Shown here: in pieces, positions 30,301-39,545 of the stretch
Position numbering within the stretch: the first letter of the stretch is position 1
Layout of the letters: each line of letters begins with the position of its first letter
DNA from: Marinilabiliales bacterium
GTDB taxonomy: Bacteria; Bacteroidota; Bacteroidia; Bacteroidales; SZUA-534
NCBI GenBank assembly: GCA_003512955.1
Contig: DOTG01000028.1
Span: forward strand, 122,275 to 186,274
Length of the DNA stretch: 64,000 nt
Direction: 5' to 3'
Position numbers and translations under genes: made by a program
The notes under the pieces: generated by a model
Told to the model about the DNA's origin: nothing
The model's input: only the letters and a program-made list of their open reading frames with translations
Databases searched by the model: none

Positions 30301-31656
30301 AGGATCGGCCCAACCATCGGCACTGCAATGAGCCGTGTAATAAGCAATCCCAACTCCTGCATCAAAATCATCAATCATCGCCTGGTGGGCCTGCAAACTA
30401 TTTGAAACAATGGGTGAACCTGAACCATATAAGTAATAATGGGCATTTATTCCGTTTTGTTCATTGGAGTAATAATCCATAAAATAATTGATGGCTCCAT
30501 TTCCATAAGTTGGTGCATACGATGCATCAACTCCACTTACCAATAAATGTTCACTATGATAACCGCGTAAATTGCCTGAACCTTGCTCTACATACAATGT
30601 TTTGGTAATGATGATATTTAACTGGGTTGTGGTAACTGCCGAAAAACGTCCGTAAAAAACTTCAGGCAAAAAATCTCCGGTGTATTCTGCATAATATAAA
30701 TCGGTGGCATGGCTATCGGTTTCGCCATTCCAGGCAGGAATATCGGCCACATCGCCTACCAATAAAATATAGGAAGGTTTTGCTGTTCCCGAAGCTGGAT
30801 TGTCATACAGATTTTTCAGATAAGTTTTAATCACATTTTTATCGGGTGAAGAAATTGACTCTCCTATATAGGCTTCGATGACGTAAAAGCCCTGCTGCCT
30901 TTTCCAATTTACAAATGATTGTAGGGTTTCTTTATACTTAGTAGGAGAAACAATAACATAAGTCTCCTGATCCAAGGAGCTCTTTGCAGAGGTTACCAGT
31001 GATGTATGAGTATCGATATCTGTAAAATCCCAATCCATATACGAAGGGAATTGGCCTTCCCAAGCAAGTTTCACTTGAACTTGATGCCTTACTCTAATTT
31101 TGTTTGCAACAGCATTATATAAAACCGGGCGATACACCAACTCATACAGTTTAACATCGCGCATGATTCCAACCTCATGCAATTCAACGGCCGGGCGATC
31201 GTTAAAACTGTTTTGTTTGTATGCCTTTCCCTTCTCGTATTTTATCTTTTCTGGGTTTTTCTGGCTCTTTGAAATGGAAGCAATGGCAGGTTTTAGCAGT
31301 CGGTTATTTTTTGAATCGGACATATCAATTTCCTCTTCGTCCGTGTTTATAACCGCGATAGAGAGGATTACATCTTTTGGAACCACAATCAGTTGATTGT
31401 AAATAGGCAAGTCAGGTTGCCCGGTTTCGTAAGTACGGCCAAAACCATCGGCAGTAAGCGAAAGAAATTCCTCCTGATTAGCAGTAAATGGGTTAACACT
31501 TAACTCTGATAAATGAAAAGCTGCTGTGAATGAGTTTTGAACAACTCCATCCACCAAAAATGTTTTTTTAGTGCCCTCATGGAACCCAATCTTTTTTTGG
31601 GCATGCGTTAGCAACGATAAACATAGTAAAACTGATAAAAAGCTAAAGATTCTCAT
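27337..31656 (-). CDS. peptidase C25 (gingipain-like) paralog with CUB-like domain, CarboxypepD_reg-like repeats and T9SS C-terminal sorting domain
   Basis: Start placed at the ATG at 31656 (MRIFSFLSVLLCLSLLTHAQ); the listed 31698 start is a TTG. Dyad context YYTAHCSADGW ... MIGNCCQSYS. CUB-like segment FYDSGGPDAKYSNNEKD...CWDKLKIYDG...GWKAYISS. CTD VYPNPVSKDYRV...GIYILQARV...KVIVE. Confidence 0.9.
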   Translation of the reverse strand: MRIFSFLSVLLCLSLLTHAQKKIGFHEGTKKTFLVDGVVQNSFTAAFHLSELSVNPFTANQEEFLSLTADGFGRTYETGQPDLPIYNQLIVVPKDVILSIAVINTDEEEIDMSDSKNNRLLKPAIASISKSQKNPEKIKYEKGKAYKQNSFNDRPAVELHEVGIMRDVKLYELVYRPVLYNAVANKIRVRHQVQVKLAWEGQFPSYMDWDFTDIDTHTSLVTSAKSSLDQETYVIVSPTKYKETLQSFVNWKRQQGFYVIEAYIGESISSPDKNVIKTYLKNLYDNPASGTAKPSYILLVGDVADIPAWNGETDSHATDLYYAEYTGDFLPEVFYGRFSAVTTTQLNIIITKTLYVEQGSGNLRGYHSEHLLVSGVDASYAPTYGNGAINYFMDYYSNEQNGINAHYYLYGSGSPIVSNSLQAHQAMIDDFDAGVGIAYYTAHCSADGWADPSFDISDISSLSNINKYPLMIGNCCQSYSYNTTSFAEEIVRTANKGAVAYIGASNFSYWDEDYYWGIGFTSNIVANPTYETTGLGSWDAWFHTHNETDDQHAYTAGQILNVGNLAVQSSTSDLKGYYWEIYGIMGDPSLVPAKYQTQEIEPVFTDILVVGQSNLKVTAPKGATITLMENGKLAAFGKADATDVCDLTFEPLQHIGENQIIITATHPGYAPFIDSLRVIAPNGPFLVITEILITDLLGNQNNMAEFGETMGAYFQIQNFGNEDAHNVVIELNTDSEWVLPLGENHTIEVGTILANELKVLTSPLQIQLKNNVPDQEAVVFNGNLHFSDSLNSGFDFDFTVNGPDLNESNWLVDQAGVGNANGIVEVNEEVTMTAFFANAGHAQVSNTTISFSSSDEELLTVLSEPVIFGGFDPSQTKSVDVVIKAGADFFAGDQVFLTYQLAAGDGHQYLFEGKIAVTLGDEPDIWMGNGSQEIVTANFYDSGGPDAKYSNNEKDTLTLLPHHSGEGLMIDFAQFEVESSNTGCWDKLKIYDGANTNAPLLGSFCTINFVNSLQSQNESGALTFVFESDDNTTKNGWKAYISSSPKSTVTFSVTNGIDQVADVEISLANRTLLTNEQGLALFMNTLQDGEKTYTISKPGYFSKTGKISSVTGDTTLVILLEKLPEICFTAFENILPLEGVSINFDNQTMVTDANGSALFTGVLPGTKSFRATKTGYVDTTGTIVVGTVNFCYSLHLRLKPTYLVKMVISDEFGLVSGVKVTVGDVEKLTNTEGEITFDGLNQGNYGYTVEKEGYQKVTGGFDITDSDLVKNISISHITYGATFNVTSNSGPVDAAEISVLGDMIATASNGKVSMYGIIPAQDIAYSVSKLGYTTHEGTFDVVNTDVTLNIELTYVDIHQLTNNGLQVYPNPVSKDYRVRVTSVETMDQLQVFSYNGALLINYLEPTKEYLIDFSKFSKGIYILQARVGEQVHYEKVIVE

Positions 31657-31853
31657 GTAGTTTGTAGTAATTAATTTGTAATAATAGTTCTGGCACAAAT
31701 ATAAAAAAATTAAGTTTCAGCACTTTCCTATTTAGAATTAATTCAAAATAAGCAACGGTAAATGTATTTGGTTCATCTAATGAAAAGTTTTTAATTTGTC
31801 TTTAATAACATGTAACCCAATTTCGAATAAAATTTAAATGCAGCAAGTTACCA

Positions 31854-32510
31854 ATGACCCAACGATTATCGAAACCTTTAAAGAAGTATTTTTATTTGTT
31901 CATCATTATTTTGGCAAGTGTTTTCATTGTTTTATTCCTTCCCGACCAGATTATCCATCATAAAACCTGCAATAAGCTCTACCAATCAGCGTCCGAGATT
32001 CCAAAGAACAAAGTGGGATTGCTTCTTGGTACAAGCAAATATATCCGGAAAGGTGAAATTAACCTGTTTTATAAAAACCGGATCGAGGCTACCCTGATTC
32101 TTTTCAATCACCAGAAAATTGATTACATATTAATAAGTGGCGACAACGGACTGATTGAATACAACGAACCGATGACCATAAAGAATGATTTGGTGAAAGC
32201 CGGCATTCCTGAAGAACGGATTTTTCTCGATTATGCCGGTTTTCGCACCTGGGATTCGATGATCCGGGCAAAAAAAGTATTTGGTGAAACCCAACTCACT
32301 ATTATCTCGCAAAAATTCCAAAATGAACGGGCTATTTTTATTGGCCGGGTTCAGAACATGGATGTGGTAGGGTTTAATGCTCAGGATGTTCCAACTTCCT
32401 ATGGATTAAAGACCATGGTGCGTGAAAAGATGGCCCGGATAAAATTATTTATCGATATCCTGATAAACAAAAAGCCAAAATATCTGGGAAACACCATCCA
32501 TATTGGTTAA
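31854..32510 (+). CDS. sanA: SanA/YdcF (DUF218) family envelope protein
   Basis: N-terminal TM, then GTSKY...NLFYKNRIEATLILF...ILISGDNG...YNEPMTIKNDLVKAGIPEERIFLDYAGFRTWDSMIRAKKVF...ISQKFQNERAIFIG, which closely follows the SanA pattern. Confidence 0.85.
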   Translation: MTQRLSKPLKKYFYLFIIILASVFIVLFLPDQIIHHKTCNKLYQSASEIPKNKVGLLLGTSKYIRKGEINLFYKNRIEATLILFNHQKIDYILISGDNGLIEYNEPMTIKNDLVKAGIPEERIFLDYAGFRTWDSMIRAKKVFGETQLTIISQKFQNERAIFIGRVQNMDVVGFNAQDVPTSYGLKTMVREKMARIKLFIDILINKKPKYLGNTIHIG

Positions 32511-32576
32511 CCTAAAAAAACAACGTTTTGAAACTTTAGAAATAATAGTAACTTTACCGTGAATGTTTAACCAAAA

Positions 32577-33374
32577 ATGTCGATTATGAAAAAACTAATG
32601 TTAATGGCAGGTATTTTAATAATGGCCGTAGCTGCCAACAGCCAAATATTCAGTTGGGGTTTAAAAGGGGGTGTCAATTCATCGAAAATCAGTTTTGATG
32701 ATTTTAGCATTGATGAACCACCAACTGTTAGGGTTGACCCGACTCATTATACTGATATTGCTGATATTCTTGCAAATAATGCATTAACAGATGCTGAAAA
32801 GGCTAGCCAATTAGCAAATCCTGATTTTTATACTATCACTGCCCCAAAAGTATCTTTTGAACCATCATCGTATGATATGGGCTACCATTTTGGGGCTTTT
32901 GCCCGTGTAAAAGTTTTGGGTATTTTTATTCAGCCAGAATTGATATTCTCGCAGACCAAAACGACCATTAATATTCAGGAAGAAGATGCCGAGGATATTG
33001 CAAACAGTGTAATAAGTTCAGCTGCCGACATTAAATACACCAATTTCGATATTCCTGTAATGGTAGGTGTGAAATTTGGTCCAGCCCGCCTTTATGGAGG
33101 TCCAGTAGCTACTTTTAAACTGGGAAATAAAGCAGATAAATCAGCTTCAGAAGAGATTAATGAAATGTTAGACAGTTTTACCGCTGTTACTCAAAAAGCT
33201 ACATTTGGTGGACAAGCCGGCATTGGTTTGGATATTCTGAAAAAAGTAACTCTTGATGTGCGTTACGAATTTCCGTTGAGTAAACTGGGTGACAATATCT
33301 CACTTGGAGACTATACCTATAGTACCGATCAGCGTCAAAGCCAGTTTATAGCCAGTATTGGATTTATTTTCTAG
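32577..33374 (+). CDS. outer-membrane beta-barrel protein (PorT/OMP_b-brl_2-like)
   Basis: Signal peptide, alternating beta-strand pattern, C-terminal ASIGFIF. The start could instead be the ATG at 32586. Followed by a strong terminator. Confidence 0.7.
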   Translation: MSIMKKLMLMAGILIMAVAANSQIFSWGLKGGVNSSKISFDDFSIDEPPTVRVDPTHYTDIADILANNALTDAEKASQLANPDFYTITAPKVSFEPSSYDMGYHFGAFARVKVLGIFIQPELIFSQTKTTINIQEEDAEDIANSVISSAADIKYTNFDIPVMVGVKFGPARLYGGPVATFKLGNKADKSASEEINEMLDSFTAVTQKATFGGQAGIGLDILKKVTLDVRYEFPLSKLGDNISLGDYTYSTDQRQSQFIASIGFIF

Positions 33375-33395
33375 ATAATTACAAATACATACAGG

Positions 33396-33422
33396 AACCC
33401 GAAGAAACCTTCGGGTTTTTTT
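33396..33422 (+). terminator. rho-independent terminator
   Basis: AACCCGAAG (33396-33404) / CTTCGGGTT (33409-33417) followed by a T-run. Confidence 0.85.
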
Positions 33423-33488
33423 ATGCCTTAAAACCCATGAAAATCCAACAAAATCATAGAACTATCACCTAATTTCGCAAAAAAAAAT

Positions 33489-34772
33489 ATGAAAAATATT
33501 GCTTTGGGCATAGCCATTTTCGTTGCCGCTTTTCACGGATTCTCACAAAAAATCCCCGATTCCCTGTATGTAGCAATTCAGGAAGGAATCAGGTTGAAAA
33601 CGGATAAATACCAAACCTTTGAATTGAATGTGGGCATCCATAGCCAGATTTGGATGCGGTACATGCAGTTAAACCCAAATACCACCGACAACCAAGGCAA
33701 TCCGGTAAGCCATGATGTTGATTTACTTCTCCGGCAAACTTCCTTTACCACGCACCTCGCTTTCGACAGATATACATTTTTTGTGCAAACGGCATTAACT
33801 CCGCAATCCCATACAAATTCAATAAACAGTAACGCTCCCGGCAAAGTCCAATTTTATTGCTACGATGCCTGGGGAAGCATGAAAATTCACAAAGATTATT
33901 TGATTGCCGGTGCCGGGTTAACCATGTACAATGGCATTTCCAGGTACTCCAGTGCCAGCGCCACCAAAACACTTACCGCCGATGTTCCTGTCAGCGCTTT
34001 GCCCGCGTTATCAACCGATGACCAGACCGGACGCCAATTGGGGCTTTTTTTTACCGGAAACGTTGGCCCTTTCAGCTACCGGACCTCCATTACCAAACCG
34101 TTTGTAGCCAATACCATTCCTGCAACTGTTGAATTCAATAAAATTTACTTCCAGCCCAACCACAACTTCAGCTACAAAGGGTATTTTGAATGGCAATTTT
34201 TTGATAAAGAAAGTAATGCCATGCCATTCAAAACAGGCACCTACATGGGCCAAAAGAAAGTCCTAAACCTTGGATTTGGTTTTGATTTTCATCCCGATGC
34301 TACCATCAGCTATTATTCCGATGGCACCTTTGAGGATTTTAATGCCACCCACCTGGCTGTGGATTTATTCCTTGATTACCCATTTCAGAACCGCAGTGCA
34401 TTAACTTTCTATGTGGGACAGTTTTGGTACAACTATGGTCCCAATTTTACCACTAGTTTTGGTTTTGCCGATATTTATGGTAACGGGCTCAGCGAATTTT
34501 TGCAAGGGACCGGAATGTCAACACTTTTGCAAACAGCCTATTTATTGCCATCAAAGGAAAAGTCAGGAAGGGTCCAACCCTTTTATGAACTTACCTATCG
34601 CTATTTTGACGGTTTAAACCGCCGCCTGATCCATCATAATGTCGGTTTAAATTATTACATTGTTGAACATAAAATTAAAGGAACCCTTCAATACGAAAAC
34701 CGCCCTTACTATGATATGAGTTCCATCGTCCGGAAATCAATGGTCATTGTAAAGATGCAGTTCTCAATTTAA
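33489..34772 (+). CDS. putative porin (large beta-barrel OMP)
   Basis: Signal peptide. 427 aa rich in Tyr/Phe/Gly/Asn with strand periodicity. C-terminal VIVKMQFSI. The family assignment is tentative. Confidence 0.6.
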   Translation: MKNIALGIAIFVAAFHGFSQKIPDSLYVAIQEGIRLKTDKYQTFELNVGIHSQIWMRYMQLNPNTTDNQGNPVSHDVDLLLRQTSFTTHLAFDRYTFFVQTALTPQSHTNSINSNAPGKVQFYCYDAWGSMKIHKDYLIAGAGLTMYNGISRYSSASATKTLTADVPVSALPALSTDDQTGRQLGLFFTGNVGPFSYRTSITKPFVANTIPATVEFNKIYFQPNHNFSYKGYFEWQFFDKESNAMPFKTGTYMGQKKVLNLGFGFDFHPDATISYYSDGTFEDFNATHLAVDLFLDYPFQNRSALTFYVGQFWYNYGPNFTTSFGFADIYGNGLSEFLQGTGMSTLLQTAYLLPSKEKSGRVQPFYELTYRYFDGLNRRLIHHNVGLNYYIVEHKIKGTLQYENRPYYDMSSIVRKSMVIVKMQFSI

Positions 34773-34891
34773 ACAGATGCAATGTTTCTTTGATTCCAAT
34801 TTCACTTACATCAAAATATCATGTAACTTTGGTTAATGATATTCGTCACAAACACGTTCGAACCAAAAATTAATACCAAAACCTTAAAAAA

Positions 34892-35353
34892 ATGTCAACC
34901 TTAGAATTTTTAAAAAACCCTCCCGTGATGTGGTTTTTAATTGGACTCGCGTTCGCTTTAATCGAACTATTTGTTCCCGGTTTGATACTTATCTTTTTTG
35001 GTATCGGTGCCTGGATTACAGCCCTTTTCAGTCTTTTTCTCCCAATAAGTGTCGGGATGCAGATTGTACTATTTGTAATAGCCTCTATCCTAAGTCTGGT
35101 AATTTTACGCAGATGGTTTAAAAACCGGTTCTTCTCTGAAAAGAAAGACCAAACCCAAGATCCCGATGACGACTTCACCGGCTCGTTTGCCGTAGCCGAA
35201 ACTGTCATTGGCCCCGGTCAACCCGGAAAAATATCATACCACGGAAGCCCCTGGCAGGCGGAATCGGAAGAAGCCGTTGCTCCCGGTGAACGGGTTGTTA
35301 TTGTTGCGAAAAAGAATATTACTTTTATTGTGAAACCCATAAAAAACAACTAA
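34892..35353 (+). CDS. NfeD family membrane protein
   Basis: Three TM helices followed by a C-terminal soluble OB-like domain (GKISYHGSPWQAESEE..GERVVIV). Ends 2 bp before the SPFH gene, the classic NfeD-SPFH pairing. Confidence 0.8.
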   Translation: MSTLEFLKNPPVMWFLIGLAFALIELFVPGLILIFFGIGAWITALFSLFLPISVGMQIVLFVIASILSLVILRRWFKNRFFSEKKDQTQDPDDDFTGSFAVAETVIGPGQPGKISYHGSPWQAESEEAVAPGERVVIVAKKNITFIVKPIKNN

Positions 35354-35355
35354 TC

Positions 35356-36282
35356 ATGGAAACATCAAACATTATTACCGCTTTAGGCTTAGCCTTGTTA
35401 GTTATTATTATTATTGCTTCGACCGTTAAAATTGTCCCTCAACGGAGCGCCTATATTGTGGAACGGCTTGGAAAATACAACGATACCTTTCAGGCCGGGT
35501 TCCACATCCTGATTCCTTTTATTGATAAAATCAGTTACAAACATACCTTAAAAGAGCAGGCCATTGATGTAGCACCCCAGACCTGTATTACCCGCGATAA
35601 TATTTCTGTTGAAGTGGATGGTATTTTATATCTCCAGGTAATGGACCCGAAAAATGCCTCATACGGAATTGATGATTACCGTTTTGCCTCTATCCAGATT
35701 GCCCAAACCACCATGCGTAGCATCATCGGGAAACTGGAACTGGATAAAACCTTTGAAGAACGCGATACCATTAATGTTTCAATTGTTGAGGCTATTGACA
35801 AGGCCAGTGAACCCTGGGGGGCCAAAGTGACCCGCTACGAGGTAAAAAACATTGTGCCTCCGCAAAGTATTAAAGATGCCATGGAAAAACAGATGCGTGC
35901 CGAACGTTCAAAAAGGGCTGTGATTGCAGAATCAGAGGGTGAAAAACAAGCCAAAATAAATGTGGCCGAGGGTGATAAACAGGAACTGATAGCCAAATCG
36001 GAAGGTGAAAAGCAAAAACGTATCAACGAAGCCCAGGGTAAAGCCGCCGAAATTGAATCCATAGCCAAGGCTACGGCCGAAGGTATCCGTGCCATTGCAG
36101 ATGCTATCGGTTCAGCCAATGGTAAAGATGCCGTAAACCTGCGTATTGCCGAACAATACCTGCTGGAATTTGGAAAACTGGCGTCCACCAACAATACCAT
36201 GATCATTCCTCAGAATATGGCCGACATTTCAGGGATTATTGCCACGGCAACCTCTGTATTTAAGGAAACTGCTAAAAAGTAA
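35356..36282 (+). CDS. SPFH/Band 7 (stomatin/paraslipin-like) protein
   Basis: N-terminal TM, then VPQRSAYIVERLGKY...TRDNISVEVDGILYLQV...AQTTMRSIIG...VTRYEVKNI, and a Glu/Lys/Ala-rich coiled tail. Confidence 0.9.
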   Translation: METSNIITALGLALLVIIIIASTVKIVPQRSAYIVERLGKYNDTFQAGFHILIPFIDKISYKHTLKEQAIDVAPQTCITRDNISVEVDGILYLQVMDPKNASYGIDDYRFASIQIAQTTMRSIIGKLELDKTFEERDTINVSIVEAIDKASEPWGAKVTRYEVKNIVPPQSIKDAMEKQMRAERSKRAVIAESEGEKQAKINVAEGDKQELIAKSEGEKQKRINEAQGKAAEIESIAKATAEGIRAIADAIGSANGKDAVNLRIAEQYLLEFGKLASTNNTMIIPQNMADISGIIATATSVFKETAKK

Positions 36283-36295
36283 ACGATAGAATCAA

Positions 36296-36345
36296 AGTCA
36301 TCGGATGAATTATATGTTTAATGAAAAAACATGCGTCCGATGACT
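36296..36345. repeat. palindromic intergenic element (AGTCAYCGGWTGAAT family), copy 1
   Basis: Arms AGTCATCGGATGAAT (36296-36310) / ATGCGTCCGATGACT (36331-36345). Lies 14 nt after the SPFH stop, with a T-run a few nt downstream, so it probably acts as a terminator. Confidence 0.7.
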
Positions 36346-36365
36346 TATAATGCTTTTTTAAGATA

Positions 36366-36743
36366 ATGAAAACCCTTGGAAATGTAATCTGGTTAGTTTT
36401 TGGCGGAATAGTTACTGCACTGGAATATTTTGTGGCCAGCATCCCGTTGTTTATTACAATTATCGGAATCCCCTTTGCTTTGCAGACACTAAAACTGGGA
36501 AAACTGGCGTTGTGGCCATTCGGTTCGCAAATACGTATAAAACCAGGCAACCCGGGTTGTTTGTCCACCCTTATGAACATCCTCTGGTTTTTTATTGGCG
36601 GAATCTGGATATGCCTAAGCCATTTGATTTTTGGAATTATTTTCGGAATCACCATCGTTGGAATTCCGTTTGCCATTCAGCATTTCAAACTGGCCTCCTT
36701 GGCATTGACCCCTTTTGGTAGGGAGGTAGATTGGAAAATTTAG
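36366..36743 (+). CDS. yccF: YccF domain inner-membrane protein
   Basis: Two tandem YccF-type repeats (GNVIWLVFGG...IIGIPFALQTLKLGKLALWPFG and NILWFFIGG...IVGIPFAIQHFKLASLALTPFG). Confidence 0.8.
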   Translation: MKTLGNVIWLVFGGIVTALEYFVASIPLFITIIGIPFALQTLKLGKLALWPFGSQIRIKPGNPGCLSTLMNILWFFIGGIWICLSHLIFGIIFGITIVGIPFAIQHFKLASLALTPFGREVDWKI

Positions 36744-37017
36744 AAGTGCACCTTCTATCATCCAATTTGGTTAACTTACTCTTTTAACTGAAAAAGGAAT
36801 ACATATCCAGTATAAAAAAGCTCAGTTTTGATTTTTAAATTAGAAGCATACGCATAAGAGTAGGGTTGCAATATAAACAAAAACCATTATCTTGTGATGA
36901 CTTACGAATCTTAAATGAAATTAGAATTTTCGATTAAAGTTTACAGCATAACAAACAACTAATATTATATACTGTCCATTGATTATCAATAGTTAAAACC
37001 GACTAAAATCCAATATT

Positions 37018-38748
37018 ATGAAATTTGAAAGAATTAAAATTCAGGTTGTGACAGTCTTGCTGATTATGAGTTTTTCCATATCAAATGCTCAGGTAGGCGA
37101 TTATATGCAGGCCGAACCATTATCACAACTTGTAAGTACCAATTTAAAACCAGTAACCAATACAGGTATCGTAAAAGTTCCGATGATCACGTGGGGGGGT
37201 GATATTGCTACCATCCTTGGTGAAATGGACGGTATCTACAAATCAAATGGGTTAACTGTCAGCCTTTTTAAGGAAGATGATTTCAAAAAACAGGTACAGA
37301 TGTGTTTAAATGGTGAAACACCCTATCTACGCGGAACTTTAGGGATGATAAATTCCGCGGCAGAAGCATTTAAAGGATCGGGAACCGAATTGGTCGTTAT
37401 TTATCAACTGACCTGGAGTACCGGTGGCGATGCTATGGTTGTACGTGATGGGAAGAACCTGAAAAATATTAAAAAAATTGCCCTCCAAATGTATGGCCCT
37501 CACATGGATTATGCAGCAAACCTTTTCAATAAAGCTGGCAGGATGAACCAGGTTGAATTCAAATGGATGGCGAATCTTACTATTTCTGACAAACAAGCAG
37601 GAAAAGCTGTTGACCCGGTAACCGCTTTTCAAGAAGATGCTTCGCTGGATGCTGCCATGTGTATCATTCCTGATGCTTTATTATTAACCTCAAACGGCAC
37701 TATTGGTACAGGTTCCGAAGGATCTGTAAAAGGGGCCTCTATCCTACTCTCAACAAAAACTGCCAGCCGAATCATTTGTGATGTATATGCCGTGCGTAAA
37801 GATTATTTCGATGCCAATAAAAACTCTGTCATGAGTTTTGTAAAATCACTTTTGCAATCGGAAGAAACCTTACGCAATTTGACTGGAAATAAAACAGCAC
37901 AACAGGCAAAATACCGTCAGCTTATTAGCGAAGCTGCTGAAAAGTTAATGGGCTCGTCTCAGTTTACCTCAGATGCGGAAGCATTATTAGCCGATTGTGA
38001 GTACGTGGGTTTTAATGGGAACAAGTCCTTTTTTACAGGAGCCGGAACTACCCGGAATTTCAACACGCTAAACAGTGAGATACAAACAGCCTTTAAATCT
38101 ATGGGCTTAATAACCACGGCACTGACCTTGAAACAAGCTTCATGGGATTATACCCAATTGGTATCAGGTCTAAAAAATGCGGCTCAAACTGCTGAAACAA
38201 AACCAAAATTCAATCAATCAAAAGTAGCCCAATCTGTTGAAAATAAAATAAATGCTGAGTCAACATCCTGGGAAGAGGAAGGAACCTTGTTTGTGGTTGA
38301 AATTAACTTTGAGGCCAACCAAAGTGAATTCTCTATGGAACAATATGCTGCTGACTTCGATTTGGCATTAGATATTGCAGAGACAAATAGCGGAGCTTTG
38401 GTTGTTATTGAAGGCCATGCCGATCCATTAGGTATTTTAAAGGCAGAAAAAGCACTTGCCAATAATGAACCCGATGCAAAAAGCAAAGCTGAAATTGGTC
38501 AAATGAAACAGCAGGTAAAATCGCTCTCCCTCGAACGGGCGCAAAATGTCCGTAAAAGCTTCTTACAATATTGCAAATCAAAAAAAATCAATATTGATGA
38601 ATCGCAATTTGTTGCTGTCGGTGTTGGAGTTGCTACGCCAAAATACAACCCGCCGCGCACTAAAGAAGAATGGGCAGCCAACCGCAGGGTGGTATTCCGT
38701 ATAAAGCAGGTGGAAGCCGAATTGGAAGAATTCAGTCCGCTCGACTAA
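37018..38748 (+). CDS. secreted NMT1/SsuA-like substrate-binding domain fused to a C-terminal OmpA-like peptidoglycan-binding domain
   Basis: Signal peptide ...SISNAQ. SBP-like half shares the STGGDAMVVRDG motif with the two paralogs below. C-terminal OmpA-like domain FEANQSEF...VVIEGHADPLG...SLERAQNVRKSF...NRRVVFRIK. Confidence 0.7.
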   Translation: MKFERIKIQVVTVLLIMSFSISNAQVGDYMQAEPLSQLVSTNLKPVTNTGIVKVPMITWGGDIATILGEMDGIYKSNGLTVSLFKEDDFKKQVQMCLNGETPYLRGTLGMINSAAEAFKGSGTELVVIYQLTWSTGGDAMVVRDGKNLKNIKKIALQMYGPHMDYAANLFNKAGRMNQVEFKWMANLTISDKQAGKAVDPVTAFQEDASLDAAMCIIPDALLLTSNGTIGTGSEGSVKGASILLSTKTASRIICDVYAVRKDYFDANKNSVMSFVKSLLQSEETLRNLTGNKTAQQAKYRQLISEAAEKLMGSSQFTSDAEALLADCEYVGFNGNKSFFTGAGTTRNFNTLNSEIQTAFKSMGLITTALTLKQASWDYTQLVSGLKNAAQTAETKPKFNQSKVAQSVENKINAESTSWEEEGTLFVVEINFEANQSEFSMEQYAADFDLALDIAETNSGALVVIEGHADPLGILKAEKALANNEPDAKSKAEIGQMKQQVKSLSLERAQNVRKSFLQYCKSKKINIDESQFVAVGVGVATPKYNPPRTKEEWAANRRVVFRIKQVEAELEEFSPLD

Positions 38749-38765
38749 TTAAAATTCTTACCAAA

Positions 38766-39536
38766 ATGAAAACAAAAAATATCCTATGGCTTGTTACGAT
38801 AATTGTCGTACTAATTATTATAAAATGCTCTGACTCCAAAAAGAATAAACACAAAGAGCCTGAAATTACCAAATTGAATAAAACCGAACTGACCGATATT
38901 GAGGTTACCTTTGATGAATCGGATGGAGAACCGCAATTAACCAGGAACATCTACATTCTTTTCGACGGTAGCGGCAGCATGGATGAATATTGCGCGAGCC
39001 AGAAAAAGATGGATGGTGCCAAAAAAGCAATCATTCAGTATATTAACAAAATTCCACCTGAATACAACCTCGGGTTGCTGGTATTTGGTACACCTAATGA
39101 AACCGGAATTGAGGAATATGTGGCCTTAGGTCCTGAAAACCATCAGAAAATTATTGATGCCATACAACGCTTAATTCCTGAAAAAGGTACACCACTGGAT
39201 GCAGCTACTCAATTTGGAGTTAACCGGCTTGTAGAACAATACAAAAAGCAATTAGGTTATGGAGAATACCGCCTGGTGATTGTAACCGATGGTTTGGCAA
39301 ATGAACCCGATAAATTTGAACTGGCACTCCGTGAAGCCTCGCGGTACCCATTTATTGCCATTTACGGAATCGGGTTGTGCATTGAAGGGCTTCACTCGCT
39401 GAAAAATTATTCCATTTCATACACCGATGCACATGACTACGAACAATTGGGTAAAGCTTTGGAAAAAACCATCGGCGAATTACCAGATTTCGATCCCACG
39501 GAATTTGATTTAGATAAACCTTTAATTGAAAAATAA
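38766..39536 (+). CDS. von Willebrand factor A (vWA) domain lipoprotein with intact MIDAS
   Basis: Start at the ATG at 38766 (MKTKNILWLV...IIIKC). MIDAS residues DGSGS ... GTPL ... VTDG. The listed 38670 start overlaps the upstream gene. Confidence 0.85.
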   Translation: MKTKNILWLVTIIVVLIIIKCSDSKKNKHKEPEITKLNKTELTDIEVTFDESDGEPQLTRNIYILFDGSGSMDEYCASQKKMDGAKKAIIQYINKIPPEYNLGLLVFGTPNETGIEEYVALGPENHQKIIDAIQRLIPEKGTPLDAATQFGVNRLVEQYKKQLGYGEYRLVIVTDGLANEPDKFELALREASRYPFIAIYGIGLCIEGLHSLKNYSISYTDAHDYEQLGKALEKTIGELPDFDPTEFDLDKPLIEK

Positions 39537-39545
39537 ACTTTTGAT

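Noticed and set aside
31657-31698. Upstream extension of the second C25 gene from a TTG
   Set aside because: The ATG at 31656 begins a typical signal peptide (MRIFSFLSVLLCLSLL). The 14 extra residues are not signal-like.
35835-36676. Minus-strand ORFs 35835..36206 (123 aa) and 36272..36676 (134 aa)
   Set aside because: They are antisense to the SPFH coiled-coil tail and to yccF. The first is an Ala/Ser-rich mirror of a Glu/Lys/Ala-rich region.
38670-38765. Upstream extension of the vWA gene
   Set aside because: It overlaps the last 79 nt of the preceding gene in another frame. The ATG at 38766 gives a proper lipoprotein signal peptide.
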